From a virus (lineage: Duplodnaviria; Caudoviricetes), in IMG/VR virus record IMGVR_UViG_3300033153_006695, positions 1 to 61,797 of that record: DNA of 61,797 bases; one strand, given 5' to 3'. Both the position numbers and the translations under genes were made by a program. Below are positions 10,456-20,266 of the stretch, piece by piece (within the stretch, counting starts at the first letter, position 1; each line of letters begins with the position of its first letter). The notes beneath the pieces were generated by a model. That model saw nothing but the letters and a program-made list of their open reading frames with translations. It was not told the DNA's origin and did not search any database.

Positions 10456-10800
10456 ATGAAGACTTTGAAAGATTTTAAATGGTTTGAAACAGAGGTCACT
10501 GGTACTTTTCACGATGGTTTTGAATTTGAATTATATGAACGTTGTGATTGTGATGAAGTAGCTAATCTTCGGGATTTGTTCAATTCGCCTGAAATTCATG
10601 GTAAAAGATTAATTTTGTTAGATGATTTAAGACAATCAGCAATAGAATGGATAAAAGAATTACTAAAAAGGAATATAACAGTTATTCTTCCAGGGAGTTA
10701 TTTATATGCATTTAAACCAGAACTAAAAGAAGAATATAATTTGGCTGCAATTCAAATGATTCATTGCCTTTTCAACATAACGGAGGCTGATTTAAAATGA
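10456..10800 (+). CDS. MKTL/LRQSAI/FNITEDDLK paralog family protein 3
   Basis: MKTL, LRQSAIEWIKEL, FNITEADLK. Confidence 0.7.
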   Translation: MKTLKDFKWFETEVTGTFHDGFEFELYERCDCDEVANLRDLFNSPEIHGKRLILLDDLRQSAIEWIKELLKRNITVILPGSYLYAFKPELKEEYNLAAIQMIHCLFNITEADLK

Positions 10801-11678
10801 AACTAAATAAACCTATTGCGGTGTTAATATGCGTAAAAGACAGACCCACCGAGCTTGCATTGCTACTACAAAGCATAAGAACACAGACAATAAAAAACAT
10901 AGACATATTCATACTAGACGACTGTTCAGGCACACCGCTTACTAACTATCATTTTTTCAACTGTATAATAACTAGACTTAAGCTAGAGAACCATAACATC
11001 TATATGAAGCGCACAGAATTCCCGCACGGAGTAAGCCGAGCAAGACAAGCTATTGTAGATTATGCAAACTCCAAAGGAGATTATGATTACTTTGTGCGCC
11101 TCGATGATGATGTGATTTTAGAGTCTGACTACATAGAAAGACTATTGAAAGTGATAGAATCTGGCTACGACATAGCAAGTGGTGTTACTATTCCTATGAT
11201 TGGACCGGTCTTTAAAAGAGATCCAAAACACCTGAAAGGCATAGTAAACAGGGTGATATTGGACGAAAAAGGCAACTACATTATGAACGGTGACGATTGC
11301 GGATATGGTTATACTGACTCTGTAATACTACCAGCACACCATTTTAGAAGTTGCGCCATGATAAAAAAAGAAGTCCACGACAAAGTTAAATACTACCCGA
11401 CACGGTTGAGCAAACACGGTTTTAGGGAAGAGCAACTGTATTCTTATAATGCTTTGATGAACGGCTTTAAGATAGGAGTCGATACTGGCGCTGTAAACTG
11501 GCACATGCAAACACCTTCAGGAGGCGAGAGATTCCCAGACCAAAAAGAACTTACAATATTCAACCAGAAGATATTAGTCGAATTCACAAAAGAACACAAA
11601 GACAAACTCAATAAAATATTCATACATAAAGACATGCCAAGCGAACTTGAACTTATGAAAGAGACGAATTTGAGATGA
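10797..11678 (+). CDS. GT2 glycosyltransferase
   Basis: ILDDCS, RLDDD DxD motif, REE. Confidence 0.85.
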   Translation: MKLNKPIAVLICVKDRPTELALLLQSIRTQTIKNIDIFILDDCSGTPLTNYHFFNCIITRLKLENHNIYMKRTEFPHGVSRARQAIVDYANSKGDYDYFVRLDDDVILESDYIERLLKVIESGYDIASGVTIPMIGPVFKRDPKHLKGIVNRVILDEKGNYIMNGDDCGYGYTDSVILPAHHFRSCAMIKKEVHDKVKYYPTRLSKHGFREEQLYSYNALMNGFKIGVDTGAVNWHMQTPSGGERFPDQKELTIFNQKILVEFTKEHKDKLNKIFIHKDMPSELELMKETNLR

Positions 11679-11768
11679 TAGAATTTATATATGATTTGTG
11701 TATCGGAGTTATGACATATCTCACAATCACAGATAGAGCAATAAAATATTATGGATGGGAGTGGTAAA

Positions 11769-12902
11769 ATGTTGAATATAATCGGAAATTATTTTGGAAG
11801 TGACGGGTATTCCAGTCACACCCGCAACCTAGTAAGAGCCTTAGACAAAATAACAGACGTAAGAGTAACAACGCAAGGAGTACCGGGCTGGGAACGACTT
11901 GTAAACGACAGAGAGCTTGAACTATTAAAAAGACCGCCAGAAGATAACGAAATTAACCTCATTATTACTAACCCTTTGCATTGGAAACTAAACGCAACCG
12001 CAAAGCGTAATTGGGTTTACCTCATCGCAGAGGGAAATCTGATACCTAAATGCTTTATAGAAGAATGCATGAATCCTGATATTGAATATATATTTTGTCC
12101 TTCAGAACACACAATGAGCGCGTTAATAAATACCGAATACCCGCAAGAATATTACGTAACATTAAATAAAAAAATAAAAATAATCCCGCACGGTGTAGAC
12201 CTAAAACTTTTCTACCCGAATAAAAAATGTCCTGAATGTAATGAATGGTGGTTAGATTATGGGGATGGATGTCATAATTGTGGACATAAAATAACAAAAT
12301 GCACGTTTCTTCTAAATAAGGGATTTAGAAATCTAAAAGATAGAGGAGGCGCACAATATTTTATACAAGCATACTTCCAGGAATTCACAGACAAAGATAA
12401 TGTTAGCACAATATTGAAAATAAATCCTTCCTATGGCATACCAGACCTCAATAGTATGATAGCCCAACTAAGCCCAAGAAAAACAAACCTTCCAGAACTT
12501 ATCATAAACGTAAACAACATAGAATACTCTAAGATGGTTGACCTCTATAACTCAGCTACTGTATTTGTAAGCCCTACACGCGCAGAAGCCTATAATCTGC
12601 CCTGTATCGAAGCTTGCGCCTGCGGACTTCCGAGCATTGTGACGGGCTATGGTGGTCAGACCGACTACATAAAAGACAAAGAAAACGGGCTATATGTAGA
12701 TTACAAACTTGAAGAAATAATGCATGAAGTCATGTACGAAGGCTGTTCATGGGCTACTCCTTCTATACCTGATTTAAGAAAGAAACTAAGATACTCTTAT
12801 GAACATCCTGAAGAGATGAAAAAGATGGGCGAAGCAGCACTAAAAACAGCAAGAGATAATACATGGAAACACACCGCAGACTTGATTTGCGACCTAATTT
12901 AA
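11769..12902 (+). CDS. GT4 (GT-B) glycosyltransferase with Zn-ribbon insertion
   Basis: PHGVD, AEAYNLPCIEACACG (EX7E). Confidence 0.9.
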   Translation: MLNIIGNYFGSDGYSSHTRNLVRALDKITDVRVTTQGVPGWERLVNDRELELLKRPPEDNEINLIITNPLHWKLNATAKRNWVYLIAEGNLIPKCFIEECMNPDIEYIFCPSEHTMSALINTEYPQEYYVTLNKKIKIIPHGVDLKLFYPNKKCPECNEWWLDYGDGCHNCGHKITKCTFLLNKGFRNLKDRGGAQYFIQAYFQEFTDKDNVSTILKINPSYGIPDLNSMIAQLSPRKTNLPELIINVNNIEYSKMVDLYNSATVFVSPTRAEAYNLPCIEACACGLPSIVTGYGGQTDYIKDKENGLYVDYKLEEIMHEVMYEGCSWATPSIPDLRKKLRYSYEHPEEMKKMGEAALKTARDNTWKHTADLICDLI

Positions 12903-12909
12903 TGGAGGA

Positions 12910-13116
12910 ATGAACATGAATGGAAATACGGCAGCCACATTAATCAACATATCCTTAATTATTTTGATTGGAGTCGGAATATATATTACCCATAACTCCT
13001 GGATACTGTTAGGATTATGTTTTATGAAGGGCACAACAACCAAGCATATAGCCACAGAATGCCCCGAATGCATGCATAAGTTTACAGCGATTGATGAATC
13101 AAGAGAGGTAAAATAA
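12910..13116 (+). CDS. small membrane protein with C-terminal CxxC
   Basis: Two hydrophobic segments, CPEC; GGAGG RBS. Confidence 0.55.
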   Translation: MNMNGNTAATLINISLIILIGVGIYITHNSWILLGLCFMKGTTTKHIATECPECMHKFTAIDESREVK

Positions 13117-13129
13117 AGGAGTTGATAAT

Positions 13130-13324
13130 ATGATATACGATCTAAATTTAACGATATTTGGAATAGGTATTTTGTTATTATTACCTATTTGTATTTCAAT
13201 AATTCAAAAAGTATGGTATGAACTAACTCATAATGATAATTCTACATTAGCGGAGAAGTATGGGGTTACTTTATTGCTATGTAGTTATATCGGATTAGCT
13301 ATTATGTATATTTCACAAAAATGA
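13130..13324 (+). CDS. small membrane protein
   Basis: Two hydrophobic segments; GGAG RBS. Confidence 0.55.
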   Translation: MIYDLNLTIFGIGILLLLPICISIIQKVWYELTHNDNSTLAEKYGVTLLLCSYIGLAIMYISQK

Positions 13325-13343
13325 TTGAAATGGAGGAGTTAAC

Positions 13344-13640
13344 ATGAAAAGAAAACTAACAGAAGACGAAAAAGAAAAGACAACTAAAGGAATAACCAGA
13401 CTGGAAAAAGAAATTATCGACATGAAAGAACATATACAATTCAACGAAAAAACAATAACATTCCAAAAAGCACAAGAAGCATACAACGACTTCGCAAGAC
13501 CATACCTAAAAAAGCAAAAAGAAGCCAAAGACAAAAAGACTATGGACTACATGCACAATGACCTGATAAGTAAACAAAAAACATTAATTACACTAAAAGA
13601 TCATATCGAAACCGGTGTAGAAATAAAGAAAGGTGATTAA
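13344..13640 (+). CDS. coiled-coil hypothetical protein
   Basis: GGAGGAG RBS; charged heptads. Confidence 0.65.
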   Translation: MKRKLTEDEKEKTTKGITRLEKEIIDMKEHIQFNEKTITFQKAQEAYNDFARPYLKKQKEAKDKKTMDYMHNDLISKQKTLITLKDHIETGVEIKKGD

Positions 13641-13642
13641 AG

Positions 13643-14242
13643 ATGACAGGAATTTACAGAGAGATGTCAAATGATGAAAAAAAGGACTTCAGAGATATTG
13701 GACCAACAAAGACAAAAGACGTAACAACAAACTTCTTAACAGAACTAGCACATATCCGCCATGAATGCACAAAGAACAAGATACCATTCTTCAAAAAGGC
13801 TGCAATGGACGACTTTGACGATTATTATAAAAAAGAAGTACAAAAATCAACACGTAAAAACGGATTTCTAAAACTTGAAGACATCCAGCCGATTAAAATG
13901 GACTGGAAGAAATACAGTTCTACCAGTAATATTGAACTAATTGAGATGATAGTACAAAGAGATTCATACGCAAGCAAGAAACAGCCGTTTGAAGTATTCG
14001 TCAGGACATTCAGATACAAATTCAAAGGCTACGGTGCAGAAGGAGTACATAATATCTCGATAATGGAAGACGAATCAGATGCAGTAAAAAGACTCAAAGC
14101 CGAATACGACAACAAGGAATTCAATGAGATATCAAGAGCCGAGAAAGTAAGCCAACGTTATGACAGAAAAAACAAGAAGAAAAATGGTATAATAGATAGC
14201 TTGACCGGCAACACTGACAAGAAAGACAACAAAGAAAAATAG
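13643..14242 (+). CDS. hypothetical protein
   Basis: 199-aa ORF in operon context. Confidence 0.7.
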   Translation: MTGIYREMSNDEKKDFRDIGPTKTKDVTTNFLTELAHIRHECTKNKIPFFKKAAMDDFDDYYKKEVQKSTRKNGFLKLEDIQPIKMDWKKYSSTSNIELIEMIVQRDSYASKKQPFEVFVRTFRYKFKGYGAEGVHNISIMEDESDAVKRLKAEYDNKEFNEISRAEKVSQRYDRKNKKKNGIIDSLTGNTDKKDNKEK

Positions 14243-14249
14243 TGAGTAG

Positions 14250-14483
14250 ATGAAAAGGCGAGCCTATTGGTGTGATTTCGGGTGCGGTAAAAGAATAAAA
14301 CTACTGATAAGAGACGGCAAAACGCATACCGGTATTTACATCTGCTATGGCTGTAAGAGACTGTTTGAAAAGACCAGCATTGGTAACGATAGACCGTTTA
14401 CTTTTGCTGAAATAACTGAGGTGATAAAATGCCAAGAGAGAAAGGATTTTCAGAAGAGCAAACCAAAAAGAAACAAGAACTAA
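14250..14483 (+). CDS. Zn-finger hypothetical protein
   Basis: CDFGC...CYGC. Confidence 0.5.
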   Translation: MKRRAYWCDFGCGKRIKLLIRDGKTHTGIYICYGCKRLFEKTSIGNDRPFTFAEITEVIKCQERKDFQKSKPKRNKN

Positions 14484-14647
14484 TAGAAAAGTACGGCTAT
14501 GTAGTGCTTGAAGACATCAAAGGCGATATAATCGTAAAAGACCCCGAGAATATAACTATTGAATGTGCGCACTCAAAAACATCATTAACAAACCTCGTAG
14601 TAATACATGATGCATTAATGCGTATTCGTGAGTATATAATCAGATAA
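14429..14647 (+). CDS. hypothetical protein
   Basis: GAGGTGA RBS before the ATG. Confidence 0.55.
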   Translation: MPREKGFSEEQTKKKQELIEKYGYVVLEDIKGDIIVKDPENITIECAHSKTSLTNLVVIHDALMRIREYIIR

Positions 14648-14700
14648 TACAATAAAACACAACATATAGTACCTAAAACATACAACACATACAATATATA

Positions 14701-14943
14701 GTGTATGACATGAAACAGAAATGTCTTTTATGCGCAAAACCAGCAACAAACAAGGCATACAACAAGCATATACCCACTGATGTAAAAGGATGGAACAACA
14801 GCGCGTACTTTTGCGATAAATGCAAACAACTTAAGCACATAAAAAGAAACTGGATATTCAAAGATTGTCCAGCATGCAATAAATACGGTGCAGTAGACGG
14901 CGCATGTTGGGATTGTAAAGAGGGTAATATGTTCGTGAAGTGA
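14701..14943 (+). CDS. Cys-rich Zn-finger protein
   Basis: Four CxxC pairs. Confidence 0.6.
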   Translation: MYDMKQKCLLCAKPATNKAYNKHIPTDVKGWNNSAYFCDKCKQLKHIKRNWIFKDCPACNKYGAVDGACWDCKEGNMFVK

Positions 14944-14947
14944 TACT

Positions 14948-16171
14948 ATGGAAATACAAAAAATGAAATTAACAGAACTTAAACCTGCTGCTTATAATCC
15001 GCGCAAAGACCTGAAAGAAGGAGACCCGGAATACGAGATGATAAAGAAATCTATCTTAGATAACGGCTTAGTGCAACCAATAATATGGAACAAGCAAACA
15101 GGAAATATTTGTGGTGGTCATCAGAGGTATAAGATAATCAAACAACTGGGCTATGAAGAAACAGAAGTAGTAGTAATAGACGTGGATGAAACAAAAGAAA
15201 AGTCCATGAACATCATGCTAAACAAAGCAATAGGCGACTGGGACGATAAACGACTTGCTTTGATACTTAAAGAAGCTAAAAAGAATGACTGGCTTGATAA
15301 GACAGGATTTGAAGAGGACGACCTTAAAGAGCTTGTAGAATCCTTGCAGGAAGATACACTAAAAGAAGGACTGACAGATCCAGACGATGTACCGGAACCT
15401 AAAGAGACTAAAATAAAAGTAGGCGATATATTCAAACTCGGAAGGCATCGTCTTATGTGCGGCGATTCCACAGATAAAAGACAAGTAGAAGCGCTTATGG
15501 ATGGTAAGAAAGCGGATATGGTGTTTACTGACCCTCCTTATGGTGTTGGTTATGCGGATAAAAATAAATTCCTAAATTCTATTGATAAAGGTAACTGTAA
15601 TCAAAAAGAGATAGAGAACGACCATAAAACAATAGATGACCTACGAGACAATATTATTTATCCTGCTTTTTGTAGAATTAAAGAATCCCTAAATGATAAA
15701 GCAAGCTATTACATTACAGCGCCACAAGGTGGGGACTTATTGATGATGATGATGATGATGATGAAAGCAGGATTAACTTTAAGACACATGATTATATGGT
15801 GTAAGAACAATCACGTATTGGGTAGATGTGACTATAATTACAAACACGAACCATTATTATTCGGATGGATAGACACACATAATTTTTACGGTAATGGAGA
15901 GCATAAATTTTCTACTTGGAATATTGATAAACCGCATAAATCAGACTTACACCCCACCATGAAGCCAGTTGAATTAGTTGTTAATGCAATCAAAAACAGT
16001 TCAAAGAAAGATAATATTGTATTGGATGTATTCGGCGGTTCAGGAACAACCTTAATAGCATGCGAACAGACAGACAGAACATGCAACATGATGGAGTTAG
16101 ACCCTATTTATGTGGAAGTTATCAAATCTCGTTGGGAACGCTTCACAGGAGCCAAGGCAGAACAACTATAA
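14948..16171 (+). CDS. ParB-like domain / N4-N6 DNA methyltransferase (beta class) fusion
   Basis: YNPRK...GGHQR ParB motif; TDPPY, HPTMKP, DVFGGSGTT. Confidence 0.93.
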   Translation: MEIQKMKLTELKPAAYNPRKDLKEGDPEYEMIKKSILDNGLVQPIIWNKQTGNICGGHQRYKIIKQLGYEETEVVVIDVDETKEKSMNIMLNKAIGDWDDKRLALILKEAKKNDWLDKTGFEEDDLKELVESLQEDTLKEGLTDPDDVPEPKETKIKVGDIFKLGRHRLMCGDSTDKRQVEALMDGKKADMVFTDPPYGVGYADKNKFLNSIDKGNCNQKEIENDHKTIDDLRDNIIYPAFCRIKESLNDKASYYITAPQGGDLLMMMMMMMKAGLTLRHMIIWCKNNHVLGRCDYNYKHEPLLFGWIDTHNFYGNGEHKFSTWNIDKPHKSDLHPTMKPVELVVNAIKNSSKKDNIVLDVFGGSGTTLIACEQTDRTCNMMELDPIYVEVIKSRWERFTGAKAEQL

Positions 16172-16190
16172 ACATTTATTTGTTGATATT

Positions 16191-16667
16191 ATGAAAAAAA
16201 AGAAACCAATAAAAAGAACGAAACCAGGCGACAAGATAAAAGCAGCCAAAAGAAGAACAGAGATTTTAAAGCTCATAATAGAAGCAGGTCACCCGCGCGC
16301 CATTAGTCAGTTATCACTCGCCAAACACTATAAAGTGAGCCAAGTCGCTATCTGCAAAGACATACAGGCGATATCACGAGAGATAAAAGAGAGCATGCCG
16401 AAAGACGCAGAATTCATAACGCATGTAGTTATGGAATCGGCTATAAAAGCATTATCAAAAAGTCCTGACCCTGACCAGAAGTTCAAAGCAGCTAAACTTA
16501 TCATGGATTGGAATAACTATCTTTTTGAGATGGGCAAACAACGAAGAGCGCCACAAAGACATGAAGTTAAAGGCGAAATACTCAACAAGATAACAATCAA
16601 TATAGCAAAACCAGAACCGAATAAATTTGATGATAAAAACATAATCAATATAACAAAAGAGAAATAA
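16191..16667 (+). CDS. putative terminase small subunit (HTH)
   Basis: HTH-like SQLSLAKHYKVSQVAICKDI; directly upstream of the large terminase. Confidence 0.7.
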   Translation: MKKKKPIKRTKPGDKIKAAKRRTEILKLIIEAGHPRAISQLSLAKHYKVSQVAICKDIQAISREIKESMPKDAEFITHVVMESAIKALSKSPDPDQKFKAAKLIMDWNNYLFEMGKQRRAPQRHEVKGEILNKITINIAKPEPNKFDDKNIINITKEK

Positions 16668-16682
16668 CTGCGGGTGATATAG

Positions 16683-18029
16683 TTGGCATTAACAATCGAC
16701 TGGAAGCCCACCGCTAAACAATTAACTGCTTATAATATCCTAAACGACAAAACAACCACAGAATTATTATTCGGCGGAGGGGCAGGACCAGGAAAGACGT
16801 ATCTTGGTTGCGCGTGGCTAATCATATCATGCCTGAAATATCCCGGGTCAAGATGGCTCATGGGCAGGGCAGTCTTAAAGGCATTAAAGCAATCAACCTT
16901 ACTTACTTTTTTCGATATATGCCGTAGCTGGGGCTTGAAACAAGACGAAGCATATAAATACAATTCAATAGACGCAGTAATAACATGGTATAACGGCTCT
17001 GAAATATACTTGAAAGACCTAAAACTATATCCTACCGACCCTGAGTTTGATTGTCTGGGCAGTACCGAATATACAGGCGCATTAATAGACGAAGCATCTG
17101 AAGTACCGGTCAAAGCCAAAGAGATAGTAGCAACCAGGATAAGATACAAATTAGACGAATTTGGACTTATACCTAAATTATTGATAGTATCGAATCCATG
17201 TAAGAACTTTTTATATTCAGAATTCTTCAGACCGAACAGAGATGGTACAATAGAACCATATCGCAAATTCTTACCTGCTTTAGTCTATGATAATCCGTTT
17301 ATGCCGATACATTATATTAGAAACTTAGAGCGCGCAAAAAAAGAGACTCGTGAACGACTATTAAAAGGGAACTGGGATTATTCGAATGACCCCACAAAAC
17401 TATTCCTATATGACAAAATCATAGACCTATATACAAACAACGTCAAAAGAGGGCTAAGATACTGTATTGTAGACCAGGCAGGCAAAGGCACCGACAAAGC
17501 CGTAGTAGCGCTATGGGAAGGTTTCTATCTATACAAGATGTTAGTATTCGATGAAGGTATAAGCAGTATGCAACTAGATAAAATCCTACAAGATGAACAA
17601 ATACCTAGAAGCCGATGCTTGGCAGATGAAGACGGGGTAGGGTTCGGGCTAGTAAAAGACTTACCTGGAATAAAGGGATTTGTAAACAACGCAACGCCTA
17701 TCAAGGAATTCAAAGAAGCGCAGGACCAGGACAAAATCAAGACCAACTATGCGAATTTAAAAGCGCAATGCTGGGATGTGGCAGCCACTTATACAAATAA
17801 CGGTGAAGTAGGAATTTACAGGGATATTTCTGTAGAAGACAGAGAACTACTTACAGAAGACCTAGACCACATAAAACAAATAAACGTAGGCAAAGATCAG
17901 CCTTTTAGAGTTATAACCAAAGAAGAGCTTAAAAAAGAGATGGGTCGCAGTACAGACCGAGGCGATACGTTTATGATGCGCTTTTATTTTCCTTTGAGAC
18001 AACCATACAAGCCGTATATATCTGTATAA
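16683..18029 (+). CDS. terL: terminase large subunit
   Basis: GGGAGPGKT Walker A, LIDEASE Walker B, SNP coupling motif, nuclease acidic residues VDQA...D, STDRGD. Confidence 0.93.
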   Translation: MALTIDWKPTAKQLTAYNILNDKTTTELLFGGGAGPGKTYLGCAWLIISCLKYPGSRWLMGRAVLKALKQSTLLTFFDICRSWGLKQDEAYKYNSIDAVITWYNGSEIYLKDLKLYPTDPEFDCLGSTEYTGALIDEASEVPVKAKEIVATRIRYKLDEFGLIPKLLIVSNPCKNFLYSEFFRPNRDGTIEPYRKFLPALVYDNPFMPIHYIRNLERAKKETRERLLKGNWDYSNDPTKLFLYDKIIDLYTNNVKRGLRYCIVDQAGKGTDKAVVALWEGFYLYKMLVFDEGISSMQLDKILQDEQIPRSRCLADEDGVGFGLVKDLPGIKGFVNNATPIKEFKEAQDQDKIKTNYANLKAQCWDVAATYTNNGEVGIYRDISVEDRELLTEDLDHIKQINVGKDQPFRVITKEELKKEMGRSTDRGDTFMMRFYFPLRQPYKPYISV

Positions 18030-18125
18030 TCAAAGGAGAGAAGGGTGCAAGACCATTACAATCTCACACATTCAAATATGATTTTATTTTAGTTTCAAGC
18101 TATTTATATTTATGTTTCGGATAGA

Positions 18126-18182
18126 GTAACTTGATTGTAACATACCGTAACATATATAAAGATTGTGTAACAAAATGTAACT
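18126..18182 (+). promoter_or_regulatory. archaeal TATA promoter with five helically phased GTAAC operator boxes
   Basis: GTAAC at 18126, 18137, 18147, 18167 and 18177; TATATAAA at about 18153, just ahead of a leaderless ATG at 18183. Confidence 0.65.
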
Positions 18183-18368
18183 ATGTGCCCCGTAGTGCGA
18201 ATAAGTGATGATATAGATAAGTGGTTGCGCTCTTTTGATTGTAATTTTCGTAATGCGCTCCAAAAAGTAAAAAACACTTATGAGCAAAATAAAAAAATAT
18301 CTAACAAAGACATAATCTCAAAACTGGAAGACCTAGAGCAACAGATAGAAGCACTTAAACGATATTAG
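18183..18368 (+). CDS. putative ribbon-helix-helix regulator with coiled coil
   Basis: N-terminal beta-strand VVRISDD followed by helices; paralog at 60902. Confidence 0.55.
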   Translation: MCPVVRISDDIDKWLRSFDCNFRNALQKVKNTYEQNKKISNKDIISKLEDLEQQIEALKRY

Positions 18369-18617
18369 GTGATGTATTTGAATAAAAAATATTGGATAAA
18401 TATTGCGGTTATAATCATTGTGATGATAAGTATATTATTTTTAATACATACTGATGAAATGACAAAACAGAATAACTGTCTACCTATTGCAGTAAAAGTA
18501 TGTGAAAATCATAATATGACTTTTGTTCAGGTTAGTGTTAATTGGATGAAATCACCTTACGTAACTTGCAGTAACAATGGAGAACCTGTAGGGTTTAGGA
18601 TTATATGTCCAGATTAA
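18369..18617 (+). CDS. membrane-anchored Cys-containing protein
   Basis: N-terminal TM helix, 4 Cys. Confidence 0.55.
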   Translation: MMYLNKKYWINIAVIIIVMISILFLIHTDEMTKQNNCLPIAVKVCENHNMTFVQVSVNWMKSPYVTCSNNGEPVGFRIICPD

Positions 18618-18628
18618 GAATTCATAAT

Positions 18629-18783
18629 GTCGGTGTGGCGGTAAACGCAATAATATCATCATGCATAATTAGTGTGTCGTCGGGGAATGCATGCGCGTAA
18701 AATGTAAATCCATTTCGTAAACTGCCCCTAGCCCGTCCAATGAACGGTAAGGAGACACCGCAACTGCAATGTTGCCGCCGACA
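18629..18783 (+). ncRNA. tRNA-like RNA element A
   Basis: Acceptor-like GTCGGTG/CGCCGAC-A, mini D-arm GCG-GTAAA-CGC, T-like arm GCAAC-TGCAAT-GTTGC, long central insert. Confidence 0.6.
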
Positions 18784-18833
18784 ATAATAGCCGAAACAGT
18801 ACTGCGTATTCCTATGAGATGCGCCATCAATAT

Positions 18834-18904
18834 GCCGGACTCTTTCAAAGGCAGGAAAGCGCGCTTGTAACGCGCCAATACCAGTTCGAGTCTGGTGTCC
18901 GGCT
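18834..18904 (+). tRNA. tRNA-Thr(TGT), no encoded CCA
   Basis: GCCGGAC/GTCCGGC acceptor, GCGCG-CTTGTAA-CGCGC anticodon arm, ACCAG-TTCGAGT-CTGGT T-arm, U73 discriminator as in archaeal tRNA-Thr. Confidence 0.88.
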
Positions 18905-19017
18905 TAACGAGGAATTATTATGATAAGTCCAGTTGATACCGTTTTTGCATTGATTGTATTTAGTATAATAATCACAGTCATGTTGGATATCGGAAGGAGG
19001 ATTAAATGATTCATAAT

Positions 19018-19137
19018 GTCGGCGTGGCGGAAAACGCAACCATTGAGATGCTTGAATAATGTATGTTGGTGAACTTGCATAATTTAGTAATCTGGTCTCC
19101 CTCACACAAGGACGCAACTGAGATGTTGCCGCCGACA
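19018..19137 (+). ncRNA. tRNA-like RNA element B
   Basis: GTCGGCG/CGCCGAC-A, GCG-GAAAA-CGC, GCAAC-TGAGAT-GTTGC; ends near-identical to element A, different centre. Confidence 0.6.
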
Positions 19138-19157
19138 ATAATAATGGAGGAGATTAT

Positions 19158-19574
19158 ATGAATGAAAATGAACTGAAAGAAATAATTGATCAACATAAAA
19201 TATATTTGGCGGATAAAACAAAAGGTAAACGCGCAGACCTTGGACGCGCAGACCTCACATGCGCAGACCTTGGAGGCGCAGACCTCAGATGCGCAGACCT
19301 CAGATGCGCAAACCTCAGAGGCGCAAACCTCAGAGGCGCAGACCTCAGAGACGCAGACCTTGGAGGCGCAAACCTCAGATGCGCAGACCTTGGAGGCGCA
19401 GACCTCAGATGCGCAGACCTTGGAGGCGCAAACCTCACATGCGCAGACCTCAGATGCGCAAACCTCAGATGCGCAAACCTTAATGTGAGTAATTCTGAGG
19501 GCTGTGTTATTAATTTTTCATCGAATGAATATGAACAGGCAAAACAATTTATTGAAGGATTGAATAAAAAATAA
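19158..19574 (+). CDS. pentapeptide repeat protein
   Basis: A(D/N)Lxx repeats encoded by 15-bp tandem units at about 19230-19480. Confidence 0.92.
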   Translation: MNENELKEIIDQHKIYLADKTKGKRADLGRADLTCADLGGADLRCADLRCANLRGANLRGADLRDADLGGANLRCADLGGADLRCADLGGANLTCADLRCANLRCANLNVSNSEGCVINFSSNEYEQAKQFIEGLNKK

Positions 19575-19671
19575 TAATTATACCTTTGGTGTAATTGGCG
19601 TCGGGTACGACTGTGGGAAAGTGCGCTGAGGAAACGATGATGCGCATTAATAATTAAGGAGAGTGATAAAT

Positions 19672-20240
19672 ATGAGTAAAAACCAAAAAGAATATGAAAT
19701 ACCTTATAGTTTCGAAGATTTTTTGTGTATTGGTTTCGCGCTTTTAGGGGTAGTTACATTAATTATAATATCGATTGTTTATCTAAAATCATTATTTTTA
19801 TTAGTTATTTGAAGGTGAGTTAATGAAATTAATAGAAAAATTACAAAAATTACTTGGAATAGAATGTATGGATTTAGGTGATGTGATATTAGCTTATATT
19901 CTTGTTATTTTTGGGTTAATTATCTTTTTAGAATTTACATTTTTGTTAATTTGTATAATGGTGACGATATAAGATTGTGGTGATAATAAATGGAAATTGG
20001 TAAAATATTTATTATTTTTTTGAAGATTAATATGTTAGTACCCGCATTTATAATTATATACCTTTTTTATAAATTGTTGTGGAAACTACTTTGGATCAAA
20101 GACATAATACTTATTTGATATGTATAGGAGAGTGATAATATGAATTTTCAACCATGCATGATAAAAACATGCCATGATAAGGGTACTATTTGCGTTGCTG
20201 GAATGTGGTTTTGTAATTATCATATAACAGAAATAAATAA
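19672..20240 (+). other. run of tiny single-TM membrane-peptide ORFs (e.g. 19672-19812, 19823-19972)
   Basis: Each has a GGAGAGTGAT/GGTGA-type RBS and a hydrophobic 30-50 aa ORF. Confidence 0.5.
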
Positions 20241-20266
20241 AGGACTTAAAACACTTACTGCGCTGT

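Noticed and set aside
15743-15763. (ATG)7 run in the DNA methyltransferase as a phase-variation tract
   Set aside because: A trinucleotide repeat cannot shift the frame; it is most simply a poly-Met stretch
19186-19488. Alternative-frame and antisense ORFs over the pentapeptide gene
   Set aside because: By-products of the 15-bp tandem repeat; the repeat is also not a CRISPR array
19580-19650. tRNA 5'-half-like TGGTGTAATTGG and a CTGAGGA hammerhead-like word
   Set aside because: No T-arm or acceptor partner, and the hammerhead core lacks stem II and a separate GAAA
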